Shown here one piece after another: positions 1 through 9,031 of a stretch of 39,971 bases of DNA. Numbering within the stretch: the first letter of the stretch is position 1; each line of letters opens with the position of its first letter. The DNA is from a virus (Duplodnaviria; Caudoviricetes). The DNA is taken from IMG/VR virus record IMGVR_UViG_3300049927_000070, positions 1 through 39,971 of that record; one strand, written 5' to 3'. Made by a program: the position numbers and the translations under genes. The notes under the pieces were generated by a model. It did no database searches and had not been told where the DNA came from. It saw nothing but the letters and a program-made list of their open reading frames with translations.

Positions 1-3000
1 CCCTTTTTCCCATAGGTCGCAGTCTTGATCAGCCCGGACGCTGTCTTGTACTTGGCCTTGTTTTCGCCGTCTAGCTTTACAGCTATCAGGCCTGTATCGG
101 TGATGGATGAGATGGTCCCGGACGCACCCTTGTAGTCGATCTTGTCGCCTTCGTAGACGATTTCACCGGTCTTGGAGTAGAAGAACTTCGAGCCGGAGGT
201 GGGGGCGCTGATTGTTGCGGTAGTGTTTGCAGAAATACCGTCAGACATGTATGGCGCGTCGTTTGTCTCCTTCCCGTTCTTGAACAGCTTCCATGTGGCA
301 TCCGGCTGCTTGACATAGTAGAACGCCGAAGAGCCGTAGGCGGACTCCTTCTTCATTGAGGTACCGGCAGGCTGGGCGTCAAGGAGCTCCTTGGAGATCG
401 TGTGGCCGGTGGTCACTCCTGTAAGCGATGGTGTACCGGTTTCTTCCGGGGATGCGGGAACAGATGACTCTGTTACGGTGTACTTGTCAGACAGGGACGC
501 CGGAACATTATCGAAAGCCGAATCCTCCTTGACCATTGGATCCAGTGCCCCGGTGTCCTTAGTCATTTTCTGCCAAGAGTTTGGCGCGGTCTTCTTGTAA
601 ACATGGTTACCGTTATGGAGCTCGGTACCGACAGGCAGCGCGGAGACGCCATCGCCCTTCATGACGTCGGTCAGCGTCTTTCCGATATATGAGGGAGACG
701 CTGTCTCGGCTGGAGTTACCGGGTGGTCACCCACCTTGCCGAGAACGTATGGGTCAAGGGCGTGGTCTTCCAGAGACGTGAAGTCTTTATCGTTGTATTC
801 CGTAAGGGCAGCAACACCGGTCGCGAGATAGATTCGGTTCCACGTGTTGTTTGCTACTTTCCTGTACGCAAACGAGTCGTCTAGCTTGCTGTGAATTTCG
901 GACCCGATGGGCAGAGAACTGAATTTGTCGGCGTGCATGACGTCAAGCAGCGGCTTGCCGGTGAGGTCGTCCGCAGCGGGTGCGTTCTCTGCGGGAAGCT
1001 CGGCCTTCAGCGGGAAGCCGTTCGACATCAGGGCAGCAATGTAGCTGGACCCAGTCGGCTCGAACCCCGTCAGTTCATCATACTCTTTGAAGGTTCCGTC
1101 TGACTGCTTGACCCAGTAAGGCTTGGAATATCCGCCGGACACCACGTGATTCGTGGTGATCTTGGTTCCGGTCGGGAAGTCCTTGAGCTCTTGTGTCGAC
1201 ATCGGCTTGAAGCCATCATCAGATTGAGTAGTCTCCGGCGCGTCAAGGAGCCCGTCAACATCCGTATCGATCAGGTGTTGAAGAGTTTTTGGTGGCAGTT
1301 GCACATGGTACGAACTTCCATCTGCCAGAGTCGATGTGCCTATTTCGTAGATCCCACCGTCAGGACCGGTCTGAGTCCACGAACCGTTATCTTTATGGAA
1401 AGAATATCCCTCAAGATTTGAGTCGGTGAGTATCGTCCCATCTGGGTAGCCGTCAAGAGTGCTTATCGAGGGGTCATGGACAATGTTCGGTTCCGCAACA
1501 GGCTCTGTCGGCATATTTGCCGCAGGCTCGTCGCTGACCGTGTAGCCTTCCGGTGCTTGGACATGGTAGTCGGACCCGTCCACGAGGGAGTTCGGGGACA
1601 GCCCTTGGTTCTGACCGGCTGGTCCCTGCTGGTCCCAGACATCGCCGTTCTTGGTGAAGGTGAACCCCTCAAGAGTAGGGTCCGTGAGTACAGTCCCGTC
1701 CGGGAGCTTGGCAAGATCTTCTTTGGTCGGGGAGTGGAGCATCGAAGGTATGGTGGCGGGGACCGTAGCCGGAGCACTCTCGTGCGTGCTCGATGCCTCG
1801 CCGGAAGTCTCCGGGAGATTGATTATCTTGTACGCCCCACCACTGTTTTGTAGTGCTTGATGGGTAGCTTCATCGGAATCCGCGAAAGCAAACGCCGGTT
1901 CACCAGTACTGGCCTTCGTCATCTGCCACTGGTTCTCGCCGATCTTCTTTTTGTAGAAGGAGGCGTCCGGACCCTTGTGTAGGGTTGTTCCGATCGGCAG
2001 CGCGGAGAGGTCTTCCTTGGTCAGTTGCGACGGACTCTTGCTAGCAAGGCTTTCAACTGGCGAGGTATTTGTAGGTGCAGATTCGTGGTCATCGTCTCCA
2101 GACGGGACGGAGACAATACTCCAGTCGTGTCCGTTCTGAGTCTGTGAGTACTCGACGGTTCCTTCGTGCATGTAAGTCCCGTTTTGTGTCTTCCACATGC
2201 CCTCGTTGTCGGCCTTGGTGAGGATGACGGTACTGCTGGCGGACTTGTTTTCGATGACAGTCCCGACCGGCAAGTCTGTGACGGCTGGCACACCAGAGTC
2301 GCCGAGAGACTTACCGACAAGGGATGCACCCTCTTCGGAGACGGGAGCGGGCTCTTGGACCGGTTCGGCGACAGGCTCGTGTACGGGCTCCGGTGCTGGT
2401 TCTTCGTGTGCCGGGGCCGGGGCCTGAGGTTCGTGGGCAGGCTCCTGCGGGGCAGCAGGGGTCTCGTTCTGTGGGGCGCTTGGTTCGCCCGGAACGTGCT
2501 TGTTTTCGGACTCAAGGGTGCTGGCCTTCTTGGGGCCGGAGGTGTGCCCGTCAGACCACTCGACCTTGACGGTCTTCTCGCCCTTGTAGATGCCCTTGAC
2601 GACACCTTTATCACCGCTGGAGTGTGTGACGGTGTCGCCGACGTGGATGAGCGAATTGTTGCTACCGACGATGAAGGCCGTGTGCGTGGCTGGATCGATG
2701 CCGTGGTCGCCTACCTTCAGGTCGGTCGGAAGGGTATCAACCTTCGGGGCATCTCCTTCGACCTTGGTGACGGCCTTGGACAGGTGGGTGGCCTTGGATC
2801 CGTCAGGATAGACAACCTTGACCGAGTTGGTGGACGGCAGGCCGATGAAGACCTTGCCGACACCCTTCTTGGGGTGGTGGATGAGGTCGTTGACTTTGAT
2901 CGTCGCGCCGTTGGCGTCGGTCTGGTCCTTACCCATGTCGGGGTAGGTGGCCTCGAAGTCCGGGTGGCTGGTCGGGGCTTCGGGTGCTACTTGCCCTTGG

Positions 3001-6000
3001 GCTGCTGGTTCTTCTTGCGGAGCGCTAGGAGTGCTTGAGTCTGTTGGTCCAGAGACGTTGTCTCCTCCGGAGTGGTCTTCTGTACCTGATCCTCCGTTCC
3101 CATGAACCTGCTCTGAATCCGCTCCTGTGGCGTGCCCTTCTGGGGATCCTTCGGTGTGGTCATTTTGTCCTCCTGTATCAAAGTTGTGTTCGGTCAGGTA
3201 GGGGGTCATGGTGACCTTCCAGCCTGTTTGTCCTGAAGTATTAGTATACTCTTCTTTGGCCGTAACTTTAAACTTGGTTCCGTGGGGCAACACAACTTCG
3301 GATTCGTTGGAGAAGCTGTGGGACCCGAGGGCGTTGTAGTCCAGCTTGTGTGCCTTGAATCCGGCAGGAAGATGGATCTCCATAAGTACGGGCGTGCGGT
3401 CCCCGTCGGAGTATGCAACCCACTCATGACCGATCTTGTCGGTTGTGGATGTTGATGTGTATCCCTTGTCGGAATAGATGCCACCGTTGACAAGATCATT
3501 GACGACTTGGTCGCGGGCATTCAGCCCACGATATACCGTGGTGTCGGCGGTCAGCGGGCTCTTGTCGAGGATCTGGTCTAGCGCCGCGATCTCGAAGGTA
3601 TGGTCGCTTGTCGCGTCCCCTCGTAGCGCGTTGTTGACGTCCAAGCTGCTGCTGATGAAGTCTGCGGCCTGCTCCTTCTCCGCAGTGTTGTATCCCGGAA
3701 AGAGGTGGTGAGGGTCATTTACGGAGGTATATCCGTAAGGATGTGTGACACCTTCGGCGAGCAGCGCCTTGTCGTGTGACGGCAATTTGTCGTAGAAGTT
3801 CTCGTCCGGAGTGTCCGGCATCGGCTTCACGATGTGGGTATCACCTACCGGCTTGAAGTCAGGCTTGTTCTTGAGCGTGCTCTGTACCATGCTCGTGGTT
3901 ATGGACATGCCGTCTTTATTGGAGTTCGGCGTAAATGTCATGAACCACTTGTTGGACTGCTTGTACAGGCTTCCGGAAGGACCGGAGAACATCGCACCGT
4001 TGGGTAGCGCCACTAGGTCAGCGTATTTGTACTCTTTCGGGGCAGCGTCCTCCGTGGGTGCCTCAACAGTGGGTGCTTCGGCTGGAGCCTCTGCCGGGGC
4101 AGGGCTCAGCTTCGCGGCGTGGGCGAGGATGTCCTCACGGCGTGCCACCAGCTTGTCCTTGAGCTCCGTGGAGGTCTTGTTGTCGAAGCCGATGGCGTCA
4201 ACGATCGCGTTGATCTTCTCGGGGGTCAGCGCCTCGACGTGCTTGGCCGAATCGGCAAGCTGCTGGTCGGTCATCTTGCCGAACAACGCCTTGGCTGTCA
4301 TGTTGCTGTGTGAGCCCAGTCCGCGCAGGGACTCCCACTCACCGACCTTGTTGCCGAACTGGTCGCCCTTGGGTTGTCCTTGGGCACGGAAGAGCAGGGC
4401 TCCGCCCGGATCAACGCGGACGGGGTTGCCGTGCTCGTCAGTGATGACGTTGTCATACCCGAGACCGGCGACATCCCAGTTGGCCAGCAGCGCGTCCATG
4501 GCGAAGCCGTCTTGAATCTTGGCCATGTACTCGGCGTCGTCTAGACGTGATTCGACGTCCTTCTGAGTACCGGACATCATCTGTGATGCAGTACCAAGTT
4601 TTCCGTTGCCGACATCGGCCAGCTTCAGGTTGGACGTCTGTATTCCAGCAGCCTTGTACAGGTCGTCGGCCAATACCTCGGAGCGGGCATGGTCGTCCGA
4701 CTGCGAAAGCTTGACATACCAGTCGTTGCCGTGCTGGTCGGTGTAGATGCCTCCGGCGTTGGAGCCCATCTGGGTTCCGGGCTTTTTTGTCCAGCCAGAG
4801 ATGTTGATAGGCTTACTTGAGTCCTCGACCTCAGACGTCGGTACAACGTCCATTCCAATAACTCTTTGGCCATTTTCGGTCGAGTCAGAGGTAATCTTGA
4901 ATTGGGTACCCGGAGGAAGAATAAACTCTTGGAGCCCCTTACTGGCATCCTTGTTTCTTACACCATTAGAGTCTATTCCTTGTACGCCTTTGGGAGCATT
5001 TATCTTATATACCGCACCGTTATTGGATTTGGAGGCATAGATGCCTGCCTGCTCCGCATTCATGGTAGTGGATACGAACCCTAGATCCGTTACGGTCTCC
5101 CCTATCTTGACGTCTCCGACAAGATGGTCTGGGTTGCCGCCACGGTAAATCGTTATGGCGTTGTTCAGGGGTTTCTGTTTTTCCAGTAGAGATTTGAGGT
5201 CTATATACTCAGACTCAGCCTTGACCGATGCATCGTTGGCTCGTAGACGACCATTTAGGTCAGTGGCACCGCTCATTACGTAATGGTCAATAGCTGAAAG
5301 TTCTGCGCTGGTTGGCGCTACTACGGTTTTTTGAGCTACCTCCATGGCCTTCTTTTCCGCAATCTTTGCGGAATCGTTGGCGTCTACATCTTCCTGATCC
5401 TTTTTGAGTTTAGCGATCAGTGCTGCGGAATCAGCGGATTTCTTGGCCTCTTCCTCCTCCATGTGCTTCTGAAGCTTGGCCAGAATATCGGTCATATCAT
5501 CTGGCTTGGGCTCGACAGGGGGCGGTGTGGACGAGGAGCCATCCTTGCGGTAAAGACCGTGGACCTGTCCGGCAACGATCGTCGGCGTACCGTGGACCGT
5601 CTTGTCGGAATTCAGCTTTTCGACAAGGATATTGATCGGGTTGACCGACATGACCTTGCCGAGGTTGTTTTCCTTGCCGTAGACGACGTGGTCGCCGGAC
5701 TTGAAGCTTTCGTTGTTCGGCTTGGACAGGTCGAAGGAGTGGCCGTGGAAGCCATCGCCGAAGGGGTTGGGGCCTGCGGTGGGTACGACAAGATTCTTGG
5801 GGCGGTAGATGGCGGCAATGTCCTTGCCCACAATGACGGACTCCTTGCCGTCCACGGAGAACCTGTTGCCCGGAACCTTCGAGCCGTCTTCAAGGGTCAG
5901 CTGCCCCTTGCCGACCCACGCACCGATGCTTCCGTCCTTGAGGACAACAACGTCGCCCTTCTTGAAGTTGGCGAGGCCGTTGATCTTGGCGAAGTTGTCG

Positions 6001-6974
6001 CCGAAGGGGTTGTCCGACGCCGGAGCCTTGTCAATATACATGTGCTCGTCCGGTGCCTTTTCAGGGGCAGGACCCATCATGTGATCAACTACATCGTTGC
6101 CCAGTTTGACGCCGTTGGTCTCGTTCGTCCACTCGTCTTCGCCGGTCTTGGTGAGCGGGATGATCGTGGAGTTGATTCCGGTGCTCTCGACCTTGGTCCC
6201 GACGGGAGATTTGGAGGCGTCGAACTTGTCCTGCGTGGTGTGGACACCCTTGACATCATCTACAAGGCCGCTCTTTGTCTCATGGCCCATGGCCTGCGAC
6301 TCATGGGTGTGGCCGTCGAGGATCGCCTGATCTAGCGTGTCGTGCTGCTTGATGGCGTAGTGCTGCGCGGACGGGAAGTGGTCCTTGCCCTTTTTGTCCG
6401 TGATGACGGCGTACTTGGGCTTACCGGTGTCCTTGTCGTGGACGACCTTCTTCACCACACCGTGGCCGGAGGTGGCGAACTTCTGGAAGTTGGCCTTGGT
6501 CGTCGGATCCTTGACGTTGTACGGGGACTTCTGGATCGAGGATGGAGTGTTTTCGTCGTGGTTCTTGATCGGGTAGACGACATCACCGGGCTTGAGGTCC
6601 GAGATCTTCGTCGTCAGCGGGGCGTTGGGGCTCTTCGAGGTGACGCCGTAGTGGGTAACCGTGTGCACGACCGTGACGCCGTGGTCGTTGATGTTGGGCG
6701 TGTTGGTGTGTCCACCCATGTGGTCAACATACTCAGGGTCAAGGTGCGCCTTGGCGTTGATGACCTCGACCTTGTTGTGCGGGACGTTGATGTGGTAGGT
6801 CTGTCCGGCGTGCTTGAACTCAACAATGATGTTGTTCCCTGCTTCGCCACGCGCGATGCCCGTGACGTCCGTACCCTCTTCGAGGGAGTGCCACTTGACG
6901 TGGGACCCCATCTTGATCCACTTACCCTTTTTGTCCCTAAGCTGGAGCTTTACGGCGGCGCTGCGATCGAACAT
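1..6974 (-). CDS. Giant polyvalent, probably virion-associated protein (at least 2324 aa, 3' end outside window): two ADP-ribosyltransferases, an atypical kinase, KOW/SH3-like and LPxGT repeat domains
   Basis: ATG at 6972-6974, 3 nt after the portal stop. Translates MFDRSAAVKLQLRDKKGKWIKMG... and the same frame still reads ...TASGLIKTATYGKK at positions 3-44. The ORF track lists no ORF closing in this frame, consistent with no stop before the edge. Confidence 0.9.
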   Translation of the reverse strand, partial: MFDRSAAVKLQLRDKKGKWIKMGSHVKWHSLEEGTDVTGIARGEAGNNIIVEFKHAGQTYHINVPHNKVEVINAKAHLDPEYVDHMGGHTNTPNINDHGVTVVHTVTHYGVTSKSPNAPLTTKISDLKPGDVVYPIKNHDENTPSSIQKSPYNVKDPTTKANFQKFATSGHGVVKKVVHDKDTGKPKYAVITDKKGKDHFPSAQHYAIKQHDTLDQAILDGHTHESQAMGHETKSGLVDDVKGVHTTQDKFDASKSPVGTKVESTGINSTIIPLTKTGEDEWTNETNGVKLGNDVVDHMMGPAPEKAPDEHMYIDKAPASDNPFGDNFAKINGLANFKKGDVVVLKDGSIGAWVGKGQLTLEDGSKVPGNRFSVDGKESVIVGKDIAAIYRPKNLVVPTAGPNPFGDGFHGHSFDLSKPNNESFKSGDHVVYGKENNLGKVMSVNPINILVEKLNSDKTVHGTPTIVAGQVHGLYRKDGSSSTPPPVEPKPDDMTDILAKLQKHMEEEEAKKSADSAALIAKLKKDQEDVDANDSAKIAEKKAMEVAQKTVVAPTSAELSAIDHYVMSGATDLNGRLRANDASVKAESEYIDLKSLLEKQKPLNNAITIYRGGNPDHLVGDVKIGETVTDLGFVSTTMNAEQAGIYASKSNNGAVYKINAPKGVQGIDSNGVRNKDASKGLQEFILPPGTQFKITSDSTENGQRVIGMDVVPTSEVEDSSKPINISGWTKKPGTQMGSNAGGIYTDQHGNDWYVKLSQSDDHARSEVLADDLYKAAGIQTSNLKLADVGNGKLGTASQMMSGTQKDVESRLDDAEYMAKIQDGFAMDALLANWDVAGLGYDNVITDEHGNPVRVDPGGALLFRAQGQPKGDQFGNKVGEWESLRGLGSHSNMTAKALFGKMTDQQLADSAKHVEALTPEKINAIVDAIGFDNKTSTELKDKLVARREDILAHAAKLSPAPAEAPAEAPTVEAPTEDAAPKEYKYADLVALPNGAMFSGPSGSLYKQSNKWFMTFTPNSNKDGMSITTSMVQSTLKNKPDFKPVGDTHIVKPMPDTPDENFYDKLPSHDKALLAEGVTHPYGYTSVNDPHHLFPGYNTAEKEQAADFISSSLDVNNALRGDATSDHTFEIAALDQILDKSPLTADTTVYRGLNARDQVVNDLVNGGIYSDKGYTSTSTTDKIGHEWVAYSDGDRTPVLMEIHLPAGFKAHKLDYNALGSHSFSNESEVVLPHGTKFKVTAKEEYTNTSGQTGWKVTMTPYLTEHNFDTGGQNDHTEGSPEGHATGADSEQVHGNGGSGTEDHSGGDNVSGPTDSSTPSAPQEEPAAQGQVAPEAPTSHPDFEATYPDMGKDQTDANGATIKVNDLIHHPKKGVGKVFIGLPSTNSVKVVYPDGSKATHLSKAVTKVEGDAPKVDTLPTDLKVGDHGIDPATHTAFIVGSNNSLIHVGDTVTHSSGDKGVVKGIYKGEKTVKVEWSDGHTSGPKKASTLESENKHVPGEPSAPQNETPAAPQEPAHEPQAPAPAHEEPAPEPVHEPVAEPVQEPAPVSEEGASLVGKSLGDSGVPAVTDLPVGTVIENKSASSTVILTKADNEGMWKTQNGTYMHEGTVEYSQTQNGHDWSIVSVPSGDDDHESAPTNTSPVESLASKSPSQLTKEDLSALPIGTTLHKGPDASFYKKKIGENQWQMTKASTGEPAFAFADSDEATHQALQNSGGAYKIINLPETSGEASSTHESAPATVPATIPSMLHSPTKEDLAKLPDGTVLTDPTLEGFTFTKNGDVWDQQGPAGQNQGLSPNSLVDGSDYHVQAPEGYTVSDEPAANMPTEPVAEPNIVHDPSISTLDGYPDGTILTDSNLEGYSFHKDNGSWTQTGPDGGIYEIGTSTLADGSSYHVQLPPKTLQHLIDTDVDGLLDAPETTQSDDGFKPMSTQELKDFPTGTKITTNHVVSGGYSKPYWVKQSDGTFKEYDELTGFEPTGSSYIAALMSNGFPLKAELPAENAPAADDLTGKPLLDVMHADKFSSLPIGSEIHSKLDDSFAYRKVANNTWNRIYLATGVAALTEYNDKDFTSLEDHALDPYVLGKVGDHPVTPAETASPSYIGKTLTDVMKGDGVSALPVGTELHNGNHVYKKTAPNSWQKMTKDTGALDPMVKEDSAFDNVPASLSDKYTVTESSVPASPEETGTPSLTGVTTGHTISKELLDAQPAGTSMKKESAYGSSAFYYVKQPDATWKLFKNGKETNDAPYMSDGISANTTATISAPTSGSKFFYSKTGEIVYEGDKIDYKGASGTISSITDTGLIAVKLDGENKAKYKTASGLIKTATYGKK
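290..2290 (-). repeat. Eight tandem protein-level repeats of about 90 aa (LPxGT...Kxxxx-W)
   Basis: LPVGTV (~2270), LPIGTT (~2000), LPDGTV (~1700), YPDGTI (~1445), FPTGTK (~1170), LPIGSE (~910), LPVGTE (~630), QPAGTS (~370). Isolated copies near 4000 and 6200. Confidence 0.8.
2987..3163 (-). CDS. Nested out-of-frame 58-aa protein directly after ART2 (candidate immunity/antitoxin)
   Basis: AGGAGG (3169-3174), 5 nt, then ATG (3163). Product MTTPKDPQKGTPQERIQSRFMGTEDQVQK...PKGK*, with mostly G/C-ending codons. The host frame here is a low-complexity G/S/D/E linker. Confidence 0.6.
   Translation of the reverse strand: MTTPKDPQKGTPQERIQSRFMGTEDQVQKTTPEETTSLDQQTQALLALRKKNQQPKGK
3200..3690 (-). 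other. ART domain 2 (VIP2-like, ExE type, likely arginine-specific) within the giant protein
   Basis: Translation: VNNALRG...TVYRGL (3522-3539)...GYTSTS...NESEVVLPHGTKFKVT (ESE at 3297-3305). Confidence 0.9.
4130..4800 (-). other. Atypical HopBF1/PI3K-PI4K-like kinase domain within the giant protein
   Basis: Translation: QMGSNAGGIY..WYVK..HARSEVLADDLY...FAMDALLANWDVAGLGYDNV...VRVDPGGALLFRAQG. This gives a Gly-rich loop, Lys, helix-C Glu, catalytic Asp/Asn and a DxG motif. Confidence 0.8.
4845..5310 (-). other. ART domain 1 (VIP2/C3-like, R-S-E class) within the giant protein
   Basis: Translation: ELSAIDHYVMSGATDLNGRLR...ITIYRG...GFVSTT...GLQEFILPPGTQFKIT. Boundaries approximate. Confidence 0.85.
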
Positions 6975-6977
6975 AGA

Positions 6978-8663
6978 CTATGGCTCCAGCAGTGTTGAAG
7001 GGGGCGGTGTACTAGTGTCTATTGTACCAGAATCTGCGGGTGTATCTGATGCTGGGGCCTCGTCGGGCGTGGCTGGAACCGGTGGTGTATCACCGCTTAG
7101 TGCATCATTGAGGGCCGCTGCGGAGCTCGGGTCGGACTGCTGAAGCTGTTCCTTGCGCAGGTCTGCCATGAGGTCCGGGATCAGGGTGGAGATCAGCTTC
7201 TCGGCCAGCGGCTCGGAGATGAGGCCCTTGGAGACGGCGAGGCGCTGGGCGATCTCAAGCTGCGTCGGAGCGTCGGAGATCGAGAAACCGTGGGCGCGTC
7301 GAAGCGCATCGGCGGAAAGGACCTGCTTGTCGAAGAGCAGCACGGAGGACTCGGACTTGGACGGCTTGGAGGTGACGGCGGACGGGTCATACCAGATGAC
7401 CGTGCGCATGATGTGCTCTTCCGGGAAGCCCAGTGCGCGGAGCGCAGGGCGAAGGAAGGCGACGGTGAGCATGTCGCAGAGCATGAGGATCATGGGCTCG
7501 ACGTGGGAGGAAAACATCGACTCCTCCACGATCTTGGCGTTGGCACCCTTGAGGTCCGCCATGCCGCCGACAATCTCCTTGGGCAGGTCGAGGCCGGAGA
7601 TGATGCGTCCCAGCACGGAGTCCATGTGCTTGGCCAGTTGCGGGTCCCATGACCGGGCGAAGCTGAAGTGCTGCATCTTCGAGCCCAGTTCCTCGGGTCC
7701 ACGGACCAAGAGGGGGACCACGGCGGACGCGCTGGAAGGGTCGCCGATGGGTGTGATCATGGCGTCGATGAACTGCTCTTCGAAGTCGTCCTGATCATCG
7801 GACGAAACGGCGTCGGGGTCGTCCGGATCCGTCATCTCGGCATCGTTGCCAGCGGCGTAGGACAGGCCGTCCGGGACGAAGAAGACACCGGCAGCGAGAC
7901 GGGACTTGGCAGCTGCCGAAGCCGTGCGGCTCATAAGCAGTAGTTCATCACAAAGATCGAGCACGCCACGGACGGAGGACTCGGCCTCGTTCGACCAGCG
8001 GGGGTGCGGACGCCAGAGGCGGGCGATGTATCCGTTGACCGGAATCTCGATATACTCGTCCTGTGTGGCGTCACGGGTGGGCTTGATGGACCAACCGCTC
8101 TTGGGGAGGGAGTTGCCTCGACCCTTTTTCTTGAGCGCGGGGGTGGCCACGATTTCATCGACGGAACGGATCTGATACTTGTCCGGTTCGCCGGTCGACC
8201 ACTTGGAGGGCTCACGAACGAGGTAGCACTCTCCGGCGACGAAGAGGTTCAGTGCGGCGTTGCGAAGGAGCCCCGCAGTCCCGCCACTGCCGGTCTCAAG
8301 GAGATAGAGCATCGAGGATGCCTTTTCCTTGTACTCGTCATCGAGGTGGTCGATGACTCCGACTCGGGCGGGGATCTGCGAGGAGTCTGCAATATATGCA
8401 GCGTAAATGTTTACACGAGAGAGGGTGTTTGCCATAATGGTGGCAGCGAACTTGATCTCACCGATGAGGTCGTAGAATTCCCACGCATCGTGCTGCCACT
8501 TGGAGATGTTGCGGCGACGGACGACGGCTTCAAGTTCGGTCGTGCTCTTGAGATCCACACGTGCCGCGCTGGCGGTAAGTGGTCGTGGCGTGTTGTACGG
8601 TACTGCGTCGAAAGGAACGTTCTCTTCAGGCGAGGACCCGCTTGGTCGTGTAAAAAGGGACAT
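6978..8663 (-). CDS. Portal protein
   Basis: 561 aa. N-terminal WQHDAWEFYDLIGEIKF and NLFVAGECYLV, RLWRPHPR, VPLLVRGP and IWYDPS motifs are typical of actinophage (cluster-B-like) portals. Confidence 0.85.
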   Translation of the reverse strand: MSLFTRPSGSSPEENVPFDAVPYNTPRPLTASAARVDLKSTTELEAVVRRRNISKWQHDAWEFYDLIGEIKFAATIMANTLSRVNIYAAYIADSSQIPARVGVIDHLDDEYKEKASSMLYLLETGSGGTAGLLRNAALNLFVAGECYLVREPSKWSTGEPDKYQIRSVDEIVATPALKKKGRGNSLPKSGWSIKPTRDATQDEYIEIPVNGYIARLWRPHPRWSNEAESSVRGVLDLCDELLLMSRTASAAAKSRLAAGVFFVPDGLSYAAGNDAEMTDPDDPDAVSSDDQDDFEEQFIDAMITPIGDPSSASAVVPLLVRGPEELGSKMQHFSFARSWDPQLAKHMDSVLGRIISGLDLPKEIVGGMADLKGANAKIVEESMFSSHVEPMILMLCDMLTVAFLRPALRALGFPEEHIMRTVIWYDPSAVTSKPSKSESSVLLFDKQVLSADALRRAHGFSISDAPTQLEIAQRLAVSKGLISEPLAEKLISTLIPDLMADLRKEQLQQSDPSSAAALNDALSGDTPPVPATPDEAPASDTPADSGTIDTSTPPPSTLLEP

Positions 8664-8710
8664 TGTCTACTCCGCTATCAGAAAAAACGTCTGTAGACAA
8701 TTTTATCATT

Positions 8711-9031
8711 CTATATACCCTTGTTTGCGGCTAGCCCTGTCAATGCTGATGCTGCAAGGATGGAAGAGAGATATGTGGCGGTATCCGGGCTGATTTTTCG
8801 TAGTGTAAAGACAAATGCAGCTGCCCAAATGGAGATACACCACGGACAATTGATGAGGTATGTGATTTTGCTCGCACGTCGCACCTTCGTCCGCTTGTCG
8901 ACCACGGCGGGGAACTTCTCCCGCAACATCAGGCGAAGATCTTCGGTGATGTAGTCCTCGGTCACCAGCTTGGTCAGTCGATACACCGATAGTGTATCTA
9001 GAATAAGGTAGACAAAAGTACTAAGAGACAT
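8711..9031 (-). CDS. DUF1360-like membrane protein
   Basis: YRLTKLVTEDYI...LINCPWCISIW motif and hydrophobic helices; lies just upstream of the portal. Confidence 0.75.
   Translation of the reverse strand: MSLSTFVYLILDTLSVYRLTKLVTEDYITEDLRLMLREKFPAVVDKRTKVRRASKITYLINCPWCISIWAAAFVFTLRKISPDTATYLSSILAASALTGLAANKGI

Noticed and set aside
4625-4948. Possible nested immunity ORF after ART1
   Set aside because: No SD before its ATGs, it overlaps conserved kinase motifs, and its composition looks like an off-frame read.
2166-6998. Long plus-strand ORFs (2166-3038, 3811-4515, 5331-6335, 6342-6998)
   Set aside because: Antisense shadows of the GC-rich giant minus-strand gene; V/G/L/D-rich with no motifs or SD.
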